A stretch of 64,000 bases of DNA from Peribolospora baueri. Taxonomy: Eukaryota. Within the stretch, counting starts at the first letter, position 1. Every line of letters begins with the position of its first letter. This document shows, piece after piece, positions 37,653 through 50,046 of this stretch. The notes below the pieces were generated by a model. It was given only the letters and a program-made list of their open reading frames with translations. It made no database searches and had not been told where the DNA came from. The stretch is taken from contig JAMDHS010000015.1 in the NCBI GenBank assembly GCA_029717555.1, forward strand, positions 62,001-126,000, given 5' to 3'. The position numbers and the translations under genes were made by a program.

Positions 37653-40600
37653 TCACGACAGGTCGAAGCCCGCTCCAGAAGTGATGGCGTACAAGAGCTT
37701 TTCGCGCAAGACCTTTTTGCTACGGTACCTGGGAAGCTTTAGCAGATTGACGCAGGCGGACGCCGTTGGCAGCCTGGACTCGTCGTCGCCGGCGAGGCGG
37801 ATGGCGACTGTCGATTTGAAGAAGAAGAGAAAGCGGGCCATTACGGTTCGAAGAACAACTCAGCTCAGGTCCAAAGGTAGAGAGATACGAAAACACCGTT
37901 GACAGCCAGGCCATGCCGCAAGGGCTGTGTGTGTGCAGGCGTACTACTCACACTTCGGGAAGAGTTGGCCGAAGCCAAGCAACGGCGGGCTTCCACAACT
38001 GGTCACGTACTTGAGGAGCGCTTTGCGCTGCTGCTGGTCGAAAGTGGCCGCCACTTCCCAGAACATGCGAATCGTCTCGTCCAACTCGTGGTAGCCGCCG
38101 TATTCGGTGTTTGCTTTGAGGTCTGCATGAACAGGGTCGGAAGTGACGACATTAGACCGGGCAGATGGAAGATCTTCGTTGAAAGATGACCTGAGATGGT
38201 CACGCGCGCTCACCTTCGATGTCTATGGGATCTTCCGTGCCGCTGACGAGCACGCGAAGCTCCTCGCGGTTGAACATACGCAGCCACCTTGGATCGATCA
38301 TCTCGGTCAGCCCGGCGAAAAAGGCGTCGCACTGCGGTGCAATTTGAGTGGTTAGGCGGTAATGACTCGTGAGATACACGTAGTGCAGGCGGTTCTCCCT
38401 CGTGACGCTGATCTTGCTCCCGTTTGGGACGAGATCGATGGTCTTCGACACGCCAAACTCCTCATCCGTGATGGTGAAGTTAAGCGAGAGATCCCTTTCC
38501 ACGTCGCCAGAGTAGTTTTTGAGGTAAATGAGACCCTTGTACAGCTCGGGATCAAGCGAGTGGAGCAGGGCTAGATCGTCGAGGTAGCCTTGCTTGCCGA
38601 GCCATTTGGACAGGAAAAAGCCGGCAAACTTGACGTCCACGAGGATACCCTCGTAGATCGCCTTGCCGAGCACGCGGCCGATGAAGGTGTACCAGCTTAG
38701 CTGACCATCTGCAGAAGGTGGGCTGTCAGTACAGTGACGCTGCGGTAGCCTTCTCTTCGCGAGCATACTCACGATCTCGAGCGTAAGAGTGGGGATTAGG
38801 ATACAGCTCATGGCCCGCGTTGGCTTTCCAAAGTCCCCTATCGGTGTCGAAAACCTCCTTGATGACCCTGCCGATGCACAGGCGCCCGACAATATTCAAT
38901 GGGGATCCGACAAACATTCCATCGACCTGAGACTGTCACGCCAACTCACGAAGTCAAAAACTCTTTGAACAAGCCACCCCCATCGATGCCAGCCTCGGGT
39001 TGCCCGAACTGATCGATGAAGGTGATCTCGATAGGACCCTTGAGCGCCGGCCCGAGCGCATTCAAGTGTGCATACCCGTCTTCGGCGATGTGGCCTCTGC
39101 GAACAGTCGCGCGATGCTTCCTGCGCGTATAGGAGAACATCCGATCGGTAAGGCCGAGCCTCTTGGCGTCATTGCGGATGAACTGGCGGAAGATTTCGAC
39201 GCGCATCTCGAATGGCAAAGTGAAAGGGATGTTGTTCAACACGCCGAGGCGTGGGGAGATGAGAGCCAGCGTCCTGGCGGACATCCTCGGTTTGGGCGGA
39301 GCGATGTGACGTCGTCGAAGCGGACCTGAGTCGCCGATCCGTGCATATAGCTCCTCCTCGTCCTCAACCTCCGTATCCGTTCCCCTGTGAGTCCCGCCGT
39401 CCTCTGGAGACTCGGACGCGTCGATGACTTGATCTTCGAGAAGAACAGTTTGAATGAACGACTGCACATCGACCTCTGACACCATAAGCCAGTGATCATT
39501 TGGCACGAAGGGATGCCGAGAACTGTGGGAGATATGAATGAACGAAGCAAATGAGCGACACGCGAAGGCCGACTGGAATGCCTCCCAAACCGGGGAAAAC
39601 TGCGGATAACTTACTCTCGCGCATGAATCTGCTGCAGCAGTTTGGTCACCAGCTTTCGGAGCGCGTCCAAGCTCATCCGAAGTCCACCGTCGCCACCGAC
39701 GCGATCCGTGCTCATATCCAACTGTCCCTCCTGCCAGTACAACGCAAAGGCCAAGTTCCTCAAAAGGCCCGAGAAGGAGATGACTTCGTCGAGCGAGAGA
39801 GGGTTGCGCGCTGCAGACGATGACCCAGACGCGGCTACCGGGCTCGTGAAAGCGGTTGTCGAACTTGCAGAGTCGGAGAAAAAAGATGGCGGGAAGAACT
39901 CGTCATCGCCCATGGTCAAGAGCGATCGGGAGTACAGTTCGGCGAGCAACACGAAGGCTGCCCAGTCACCCCCAAGAGTCGAGTCTAAGGAGTAAGACGT
40001 GAAAACTATGAGTGAGCGTTGAACACCTTTGACAATGATCCGTACACAATGCGTGCTCACCTTTCACAGCAGCCAACGTCTCCCTCATCCTCTCCCTATC
40101 GGAGATTTTCCTGCTCAACGGCCCGCCCCTGATCCATCCTCTCCAGATCTCCCGAAGTAGTCCGCCACCCGACGCTCCCGCAGCTCCTCTTGCCGCTGCG
40201 ACGCCCTTCCCTTTGTTACCAGTGCTGCTCAATGTGAAGCCGTACATGACGGTGTTGATAACATCGTCTTTCTTGGCCGGCCACGCCGAGAACAAGCTGA
40301 CGAGGAAACCAGCGAACGGGAGGCGGGTGGAGTTGGGAAATCGAGACGAAACGGTGAGAAGGGCAGACAAGTGTGCCGGCGAGACGAGCAATTGAAGCCA
40401 GTTGAACGTTCTTCCGTCCAGTGGATAAATCGTGGAGTTGGCCACGGCGTCCGAACCTCGTCGAGCAACCGTTTCCGACGTCGCATCGGCCATCGTAACG
40501 TCGTTGCCGGCCCCACTAGCGGCGGCCACTCGCGCCCTAGCCTCCCTTACCGTGGTTGCCTGGCCTGCTTCGTCATCCTCGCTGTCGCTATCAATCGTCA

Positions 40601-41968
40601 GGTCAACGGTGTTCCTCTGTGCCTCATTCGCCCGCTGCAATCGTCTTGCACTAATCTCCTTCTCACTGATGAACGCCGCGGGCGGGAGAGCGGACAGGGC
40701 GATTGTGAGAAAGCCGAGGTAAGCCGCCAAAACGGCGGAGTTCATGTGCTGAACCCTTTTTGAGACGAGTGCCAGCACATTTGCAAGAAGGAAAGGAGAG
40801 ACGGAAAGAACGCGTTGGCGAGTGAGATCGTTGGCGGCCAGGATCATCTCATCGAAAGGCAAGCCCGCGGCCAAAGTCGTGAGAGCGGTGATGGGTATCC
40901 TCGACGTGAGCAGGGGGATGGTCATAATGTGCGTGACAAAAGACTGCATGGCTGCTGATCGATCGCTTGACGTGGTAGATTGAGAGTATACACGGAAAGG
41001 CGCGAGGGCCAATGCGATGGCTGATGGAAGCGTTGGCGAGGTCTTTAGTTCCGGGTCCTGTGTACCGCATACGATCATCGCGCAAAGGTTAGCGATGACC
41101 AAAGTAAAAACAGTCCAGTAGGCAATTCTCACAATGGCAAGAAGATGTGCTCTGATCTTCTCGTGCAGGCCTTGCCGGAGTAGAGCAGATGACACGGTGC
41201 GGAGCCAGTTTGACGACTCAGTGCCGGTGTAGCGTTGGAATGCTTGCGAGTCAAACAACATCTTGAGGACGTCGCATTCAAGGACAGCCTCCGGGGACCT
41301 GACCCGAGCAGAAAGGCAGAAGTCGGAAGATGAGCTCACCACGATCACGCTCGGGCCACCGCTCGCCACAACGTTCCTCTCACTCACGTAGGATATCGTG
41401 CGAACTGGCTCAGCACCACCTTTCCGGCGAGGGTGAGTAAAGTGGGCCAGGATCGTCGAACGGAGAGATCTTTCGACGTAAAGGGAGTGAAGAGTGGCGG
41501 TATGGCTGCCGAGCGAGAACGAAGAGGGTTCAGTCCACGTCCGGAGAGCCAGCGAACGGGAAGGCAGATGTACTCACTTCCCTCGGCTGCTTTGCCATTC
41601 CCGCCCAAAGCCAGCCTGCACCAGACCTCCAGCCTCTTTCTATCTCCCTCATCAGCTCCATTGAGCGCAAAGGCCACGATCCGCGTGAGCTCGGCCAGGA
41701 CCCGTCCGTCCTGATCCGCAGCCAAAGAGCGAGCCGCCACCAGCTGGTCGAACTTGGTCCTCAAAGCCCTTCTCGTCTCCGCCATTACCTGCGACCCCCT
41801 CCATGCGGCCTGGATGAGCAGGGCAGATGCTTCCCGGCGCCTCCGAAGCTCTCGCTGCTCGCGCTGCTGGCGAGCGGTAAGTGCCGTCTGAGCCGACGAG
41901 GAGCCGGCGGCGTTCCCAAGGTTGATTTTCCGTGGAGTGCGGGTCGACCCGGTGAAGTTGTAGTTCAT
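37653..41968 (-). CDS. HUL5: IQ plus HECT E3 ubiquitin ligase, Hul5/UBE3C-like, multi-exon
   Basis: N-terminal [14 protein letters not shown] and IQ motif [12 protein letters not shown] motifs [45 protein letters not shown] and [15 protein letters not shown] (catalytic Cys). Confidence 0.93.
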
Positions 41969-43766
41969 CCTGATTCTAACGAAGGAAGATGCGAGGCCAG
42001 ATGATGAGTGGCGGTGGCGGTCCGGCTGAGAAATATTGCTGTGATGGACGAGAGAAGGACGGCGTGTGAACGACAACGGACCGGGCTTGCGCGTCGGCCG
42101 ATCACCGGCTGACTAAGCATGTCAGCTTTTCCACTGCCTTCACGAGGAGCCCTGTCCGAATCCAAACAAAGGACCGACAACGTCGAGCGAGCGAGCGAGT
42201 CGAGCATACGAGGTAACGAGGGCGAAGGCCAGGGCGTAAGGACCGCACAGCGGCGCGGGCATGCGCTGGAATTCCACGGGCTGTCGCCAAACCGCTCAAA
42301 CCAAGTTGTTCCCGCACTTCGCACCGGTGATGATGAGCGCGACGTCGAGAGAGGCTGAAACCGGTGCCTTTCGGACCCTCTCGAGATCCCTGTCTCTGGC
42401 GTCCTCAGCGCTAGCTAGCATGACCGTCAAACCAATAGAATAAGTAAAGGGTTGGTACTTATTCTTACGGCAGGTCCACTGGTCAGCGACGGATGTCCTA
42501 GCGAATGCCGGTGAGAGTCACGGTCCCGGCGCTTCCATGACGACGCCCGATCCCCAGCCGACGCGACTCGCCTGCGCTCACCTCGACTTCTTTTATTCTC
42601 TTCTTACCCTTGTCCACTTTTTCTTCCTCCCTTTGCTTCCGGGATGTGTTTATCGTCCTCACGCTCGCTTTTTGCGGGTCGCTTGACCAGCGCTCCCGAG
42701 TACGCCTTCCCCTGATATGTCGCGCCAGATCGAGCTCGCTGCTTTCCTCTCTCATTTCTAAGCTACCGAGCCGGGAGCGATGGATCCTCTCCTCGCCTGC
42801 GTAGCCAGGCATGGTGTGTCCCACAAGCGCCTAACAACCAGTCGTTCTTCCTGAGCCTCAGCGTCCCCACGCCTCCGTAACAGTCGCCGATGGCGCTTAG
42901 AGGCCGTCTCCTTCAATTCTATTTTCTCCAGGCCGTTCCCTTTTTGCGCCCCCATTTCGTGCTACTTGACCTGCTCTCTATGAAATTGCCGGGACAGCGA
43001 TGGACGAGCTCTTAAAGATGGCAGGGACCGATTGATCTTCGTTTTGGTTCTGGTTGGCCCCTACCATCTCTTTCCGCCCGCCATCTTATCCTCTTCCCTT
43101 CGTCTCGCCTCGTTTGCACATCTCTCCTCCAGCCAGCCTGGAACGCAAACTTGTCCGAGGCTTCACACTGCTGCTGGATCCAGCTGGCTTCTTTCGTTCC
43201 CCTCATTCCTTTTTCCGCCCACTTTTTACCCATGGCAGTCGGTTGTGCCGGTGCGGAGAGACGAGTACGCCCGCGCTCCTCGTAGAGATTTTTTCGGTTC
43301 TGGCCTCGACAGCGTAGTTGTCCGGAACGAAAACGCTGGACGTCTCTGGCTTTTTCGTCTTCGATCTTCTGACTGTGACACCCCTTCCCTTACGTGGGAC
43401 TTCCCCAGAGGCAGGCTCCTCGTTCGACCTAAGCTGTCATCTTTCAAGGCATTCCACCTACCTGCCGGTCTACGTCAACTCGCGGCTTCGGCTTGCAACC
43501 TCCTCCTACCCTTTCTCGATTCCGGCGCAGGCTTCGCACGAATACCGTGTTCTCTTGATTCCCAGCATTCGACTTCTCTGACTCCTCCTGTTAAGACGGT
43601 CTTGGCCAGTGGCGCCTAGCTGAAGCCGCTCAACCTTCGCTCGCAACGACATCTCGAAGCTCACCGTCAACGGACGCAGCTCAACACGTATTTATTATCC
43701 AGCGGACCCCAGGCGTTAGGTTAGTTGGAGCCACCTGCGACGTCGACGAGTAACAGCAGCATCGCC

Positions 43767-46700
43767 ATGAACACGGTCCTTACTACTATCATGAGTCAGG
43801 AGAGTACGCTCGTCGCGACGGAGACTGTCCGTGTGAGCCTTACCGCTCTTAATACAGCTACGGCAACAGCAACGGCCACCATCACACAAACCACCCTTCT
43901 CCCGTAAGTGACCTTTGTCGAGAAGCTCGAGATGGCCGAGTTCAGCGGGCGAAATTGCGTCGATTCAATCCCTCGCTCACTCGCTCGTCGCACTCGCTCC
44001 ACGCTCAGGATGCAATCTCTGGCAAGCTCCATGCCCACACCCGTCATGCTTAACGCAAACACGATCGCCGCCACGGTCCTCGCCAGCGACGCTCCCCTCA
44101 TCGCCTTGGGTTTGTTGGCTTTCGGAGTTGGCACAGGTCTGGCTGTCATGGCCAGACCAAGCCAGTGAGTCGTTCGAATAGATTGCAGTGTCCGTCTGCT
44201 TTGCTCCATGCACTCATCATCTCGTTGTTCCTTGTACCGCGCTGGCAGCCAATCTTTTGTTCTGCTTTCCGCCTCAATCTTTGACTTTCTCTCCTCTGTC
44301 TTCGATCTCTCTCAATTGCTCCTCACGCGAGACACAGCCGGAAAACAGGTGCTAGCGCTCAGCATCATCACTGAAATCTTCTTGGCCGCTGGAGTCTCCG
44401 CCAAGTTTCTCTGGCTGTTCCTCTTCTCTGGGGGACGAAGGAGGATTCTCCCGAAAAGAGATGGCGACGTGGAGAGCGGCGGAGAAGACGGCAAGTCTGA
44501 CCGCTATACCGAGGCCAAGGACGGCCGCAGACCGAGTCCGACTGCTGTTGGCCAAGGATATGGCGTCGGCGTCTCAAGGGATACCTTTGCGATGACGGCA
44601 GAACAGGGAATGAGAATTTCCAGTAGTGGCAGGCTTGATCGTAAGCGACCCCAATCGACGCCGAATGCCGCCCAAGTCTCACACTTTAGCATCGCGTCGC
44701 TCGTCCCCGAAGCCGGAGCGAAAGTGGTCTCTTTCCGAACGGACCGACCACCTTCGTGGCTTAGTCTTGGCCCTTGGTTCGGCCTCCTCGTGCGGAACAA
44801 CTACCTTTTCCTCCTCGTCGCCCTCTCCGCCCTCGACCCGGTCTGGCGCATCGGATTCCTGTTCAAATTGGTTCCTTTCTTGGCCGTCTATCAAGTCGAC
44901 CAAGCCATTCAAATCGCTCTTTTGGTCCTCGTCACTCTCGTACTCGTCGCGCGGACATGGAGAGGTATAGGAGAAGAGGGGGAAGAAATGGTGCTTTGCG
45001 CTTCTTTGCCGGTCACCAGTAGCGATAGCGAAGAGACATCCCTCACGTCCGGCCCAGCAGAGCCGGCAGCGGTGACGAAGACACTCAGGGCTCTCCCTGC
45101 GGCCGGCATGACGAGACGGCATCGAGCAAAGAGACTTCTTCCCGTGTTCATTGGCAATGCCATCGGTCTAGGTGAGTCTCACCCGTTACCCCTGGGCAGA
45201 CGTCGGCGTAGACTAGCGGATATAGCACAAGCTGGCGGTCACGGAAAGCTTATGATCCGCATTTCATACATTGCAGGCGTGGCCATCACCGGGATCCCTA
45301 TCTTCGGTTTTACCGAGACGCCTCTTGGTAGACTCCTGCTGGCTGTGCAACTCGTGAGCACGAACGAGCGTCTCTCCGCAACCATTTTTTTTGTCAGCTT
45401 CGACACTGAAATAAGTCCCGATTTTGGGTGCCAGTATGTCTACACCATCTTCGTTCTCATCACCGAACTTCTCAGGCCACGAGGGATCGACTACGACCAT
45501 GGGGAGCCGACCCCCTCCCCGGTCATGTCTCCTCTGTCGTCGAGCTCTTCTCTCACCAAACGGCCCATGGCTGACCAGCAGACCGGCGGGCCGTGGTCAG
45601 GTGCCGGTGAAGCAGATGCGGGTGCCCCTCAGCCAAGAACACCGCCCCTTAGCCCGACTCGCGTCAAGCGCTTCCAGGCTATGGCCAATCGCGCCAGCGC
45701 AGGTCGCGGAGAGCGCGTTGGGCAACAGTCCCTCGAGGACAGCATCATATTCACGCAGAGCGCCTCCGGAATGAAACGTTTTTCCCAAGCTTCCGACAGT
45801 AGCTGGGAGGCAGTGTTTCAGGAACTCGATCAAGAGCGCCAGAATCGGAAACAAGGCACCGACGAAAATCAGGGCGGGGAGTCACCGTTAACCCGGCGAA
45901 CAGTGACATTCGAGGACGAGAACGTCTATCGCGAGCGTCGCCGCGTACTCGCTGAAAATATAGCAGAACAGAACGAGGGCAAAGCTTCGAAGATCTCAGT
46001 CCCTCGCGAGTCCAGTGTCTCCGCCATCTCCAGTCTCAATCTGAGTCGCCTTCTGGACGAAGTCTACCGAGGCACCTCGCGCGCTTCGGAGAGGCTGTCG
46101 CCCCTGGCCGCTTTCGACAGGATGCAGAAATCGCTGGACGAGATTCGGTCAATCAACATTCGCGATTCGGTGGCCACCGCCGAGCCCGGCCTCACGCGCA
46201 CATCCAACGTGCCCACGTTGACGTCCTCTCAGATTTCCGAAGCTCTGTCGAGACCAGGACCTGAAGTCTTCCTGAGACCCAAGCCTCCGAAACAGAACCC
46301 GGAAATCGCCAAGAGGACGCTGCGAGAGAGACAAGGGTCAATCGGCACTCTGCCCGTCAAGTTCCAACTGTCTACGTCGCTGATCCCATCTCCTTCTGCG
46401 TCCGGTGCGGACCGCAAGAACAGCGGACTGACAGCCATTTCTGAGGCAAGCTCTACCATCTCTGGCTTGAGCAACGTCCTGGGCGACTTTCCGGACCCGC
46501 CAAAGCCTCACGACTCGCAGTCGGCCGCCGACGAATCTCTGCGGGCGGAGAGATTCACGATGGTGACGCAGCGAAGCAGCGCCGTCGACGGTGCCATTTT
46601 CGACGTGCTCATGCCCGTCGAGGAAGAGGAGGCATCCGACATTGGCGACCAGGGTCGTGAGGGCTCGGCATCGCGTTTCCGACCTGAAGACGTGACAGAC

Positions 46701-47615
46701 GCGCCCGAGACCGCGACGCTTGATCCTCCCAGACCAGCGTTCGTGAGCGGGGTCGTCAATGTCGATGGCTCGCGGCGCAGCGGCGACACGGCGGAGGACG
46801 ACATAAATCGGGGCAACTCGGGCATGTCCATCACCTCTTTCGTCGAGTACCTCGCCGCGCCCCAGCCGACTCTCGTGAATCCAATGGACCGAGCCGGCCA
46901 AGACCTCACCTTGCAAGGATCGAGGCAGGAAAGCCTGAACTTAGGGCAAATCCCCGGCAGTTTGAGGCCCGCAGGTCCACGAGGGCCTCCGGGTCTGGGT
47001 TCTGAAAAGAAAGACAGACATAAGGGGCACGGGGGCAGCGGCGATGCGGCGTCAATGTCGTCGTCTTCGTCAGAGGCTCTGGGCGGACTGAGAGCCGCAC
47101 GAGGTCGGCAGAACAGTGATGAAGAAGTGGAGTACGCGTTTATCGAAGGCGTGGAGATCGCCCCTCCGCCGCGAGCGTTCCAGCCGCGCCCGCTCATGCT
47201 CGCAGGAAGTGCCGCCCCGCCGCCGCCGCCGTCGACTTCGACGTCGAGCGCCTCGCCTCAGTCCCGCATGCCCTCGCCGGACGCTGCCTTGCCACGCGTC
47301 AATTTTCCGGGCGGTGACATCAGTCCGCGACGACAGCCGCCATCGCCCACGTCGTCCGTGCCGATCCGTCCAGTCACGAAGATCGCGGGCGTAGCTCGCA
47401 ACGTTGTCATTAAGGGTCCATACGGCAACTCTGGCGTTCCCAGAGGAATGAGCGCCGCCGTTGGCGGCCGCCGCCGCGACGGTGGTGTCGAAGCAGAGAG
47501 AACCGATGATGAGTCAGCCCCCCCTCCGCCATTTGAACGCCCGCGGCCGGCACCACTCGTGCTCAAACAGAGTAACAAGGACCGCATGAATGTCGCTATC
47601 GGCCAGGCTTTCTGA
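43767..47615 (+). CDS. Uncharacterised membrane protein with about 7 predicted TM segments and a long disordered C-terminal tail, multi-exon
   Basis: Thr-rich N-terminus, hydrophobic segments across 44090-45475, then a ~700-aa S/P/R-rich tail. GT-AG introns at ~43903-44009, 44165-44248, 45172-45277 and 45354-45434. Confidence 0.7.
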
Positions 47616-47974
47616 GTCGATCTCATCTGACTTTCCTCGGCTCTGTTAGTGTCTACTATCAATTGTGACATGTCATCGCCAGTCTGTAACAGTACTGTGC
47701 TTGCGGTTTTCTGATATTTTCCCTGAATTTAACTGTGCTCCACAACGCATCACAAGGATGAGCCGGTATCTCAACTCGGAGGACCGTAGGACACGCGAGC
47801 CTGTATGAAGGAATCACACCCGAGACCAGCCTCCAGTTCCCGAGAGAAGACCAAAGGACGAGTTGGCATGGTGGCATGACTGGAATACAAGGATGGTGGG
47901 AGGTGACAAAAGCCATAGCAAGGGACCATTCCAAACACGAGAATGGAAACAAGGTCGCCATGTCCTCGTCACGC

Positions 47975-48634
47975 TTAGTGCCCGGCGCGCCTGGACTCCT
48001 GTTCTCGGTAGAAGTGGTGAACAAGGTCAGCGTCATCGCATGGGACACAACATCTTTAAGAACGACCCCGACCAATGGCTCGGGCTCTCGTGCGAATAGG
48101 CGACTCACGGCAATGATGTCCGTCAAGTTCTCGATCTTGCGCTTCGCACGCCTCATCGTGCCGAGGCGCTTCTTCATGAGCTTGCGAGCCTTCTTGTCCT
48201 GCAAAGAAAACAGCGACAAGCGCAAAAGTTGGCAAACAATGTCGGGTAGAGCAGTCAGTACGACGGTCAAGTGCTTGGTATTCGGCGACATCCGCACTTG
48301 GTCGTCCTTCGGCTTCCCTCCCTCCCTCCCTGCCTCCATCCTCGCCGGTCTTTCTGCTCTCATCCATCCAATTTTCTCCGACTGCGAAGAATTATCCTAC
48401 TTCTCCCCAGCTGAACCGCGTGCTCACCTTGGAGTTCCTGAGCAACTCCATCGCCCTCCTCTCGTACGGCGCAAAGCCAGCGACCTCCCGCACGATGGAA
48501 CGAACGAACTGGGTGCGCTGGGAGGAAGCGCCCTTCTTGTACGAAGGCTTGAGAGGGAGCTCGCGGCGGGTGGTGGGATGGCCGCGGTTAAGACCCCAGG
48601 CGAGGTCGCTCTTTTGGGTGGTGTTGGGCGCCAT
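47975..48634 (-). CDS. RPL36: 60S ribosomal protein eL36, 3 exons
   Basis: [19 protein letters not shown]...[64 protein letters not shown]. Confidence 0.97.
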
Positions 48635-50046
48635 TTCTTGGTTCGGAGGCGGTGAGTCTTGAGGCAGCTGGAAGACCATGAACGTCGCGAGATCGGTGGG
48701 CAAGGTGAACTTGCGAGAGCGTCGAGTCGCCGCAGCAGAAAACTTCTGTACAGCCGACCAAGAGTAACCCTAACCTGCGCCCCTCCCGTCTCGTCGCCAA
48801 ACCGGACAGCAGCCGTACCACACTCGCTGCTGTCTCTGGCCAGCTCTTCGTACTTTGACAGCGCAATTGGACGCTCAACAGCGCCCGTCCATCTACGTCC
48901 CCATTCCAGCACGTCCCACGGCGTTTCGAATTGCCTGCGTTGACGGTCGTTGAACTTGTCCCATAACGTTCTATAGGGAGCACGGCCGTTTGGCGAATCC
49001 CCCAAATGACCCGTCGCAGCGTCGGCTTCGGATCCCTCATTGATGACATATGTTTCATCCATCCTGTTCTGTTGCGCTGACCTTACCACGCCGCATTTTT
49101 GGCTTGCAAAAGTTTTTTTTATCCCAACTTAGCTATCCCGGATCAGCCTCAGTCAAGCGTTGACTGGCACCGATCCGATCCTATCCTTTTCTTCCCCATG
49201 CAAAGCCCTGTCCACAGCGTTCCACGGTCGGATTATGTTTTTCGCTCAAGCGCAGCCTTGCTCTACGTCCATTCAACGCCCCGATGGCGACCTCGCTTCC
49301 GTTGGCATGGAGGTCCTGGGTTCGAAGCTAGCCACTGTTCACCGCCGTTGCCGAGCGCGGATCGCTGTCCGTCACCAGCTTCCCTCAATGTAATGTTCAG
49401 CCAGGTCTGCACTGGCCCTCGTAGCGTTCGTCTCTGGTCTCCCTTCTCCATGACGTGAGTCGACTGCGGCATTTGCCGTCTCTGTCCCTTTGTGCCTATC
49501 CATCCCTGTCGCAGGCCGTTTGTGCGCTGTTGAAGACTATAGACTAGGCTGCAAACTGTATCTGCAGCGCTCTGCGCTCCCTGACCATGCCTGGTGCTCC
49601 GAGAGAGCTGGAAGTCTTGATTCCCATACCTGAGAAGTGGGGAAAGCGGTGGAGAAGGAGCGTAGCGCACGCCCGCGTGCCGCTTGTGTGCGCGATCTCG
49701 GTGGCGGGCTCGCGCTTATCGCCATCGGCCGGGCCGCCATTGCTCTCACTCCCGATCACATCCTCTTTCGAAGCAAGACTCGACTCGAGAAGCGACGGCT
49801 GGATTGCAGGCCCGCGCAAGGTTGCAGAGCTCTCGTCTGTCTGTCGCTTTCCTCCTACTTGCTTGCTTGTCGCGCACCGATTCCGCTCGACGGCCGTGTT
49901 CGTCTGGCCCGCTACTGCCACTCGGCTTGACGGCAAGGCGGCGTCGATCTTAAGCCCAGACGTCGCTCCACCTCTTCCAAACCATCATCGCCGCAGCGCC
50001 GCCTTCTATCTCGTACCAAGGCAACGAGACGAGGACCGCGCGAGAA

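Noticed and set aside
48199..48428. Possible snoRNA in the long RPL36 intron
   Set aside because: No canonical C box or H/ACA architecture; the CTGA coincides with the branch point.
48424..49089. 221-aa minus-strand ORF
   Set aside because: Overlaps the RPL36 promoter and first exon out of frame and has no recognisable domain.
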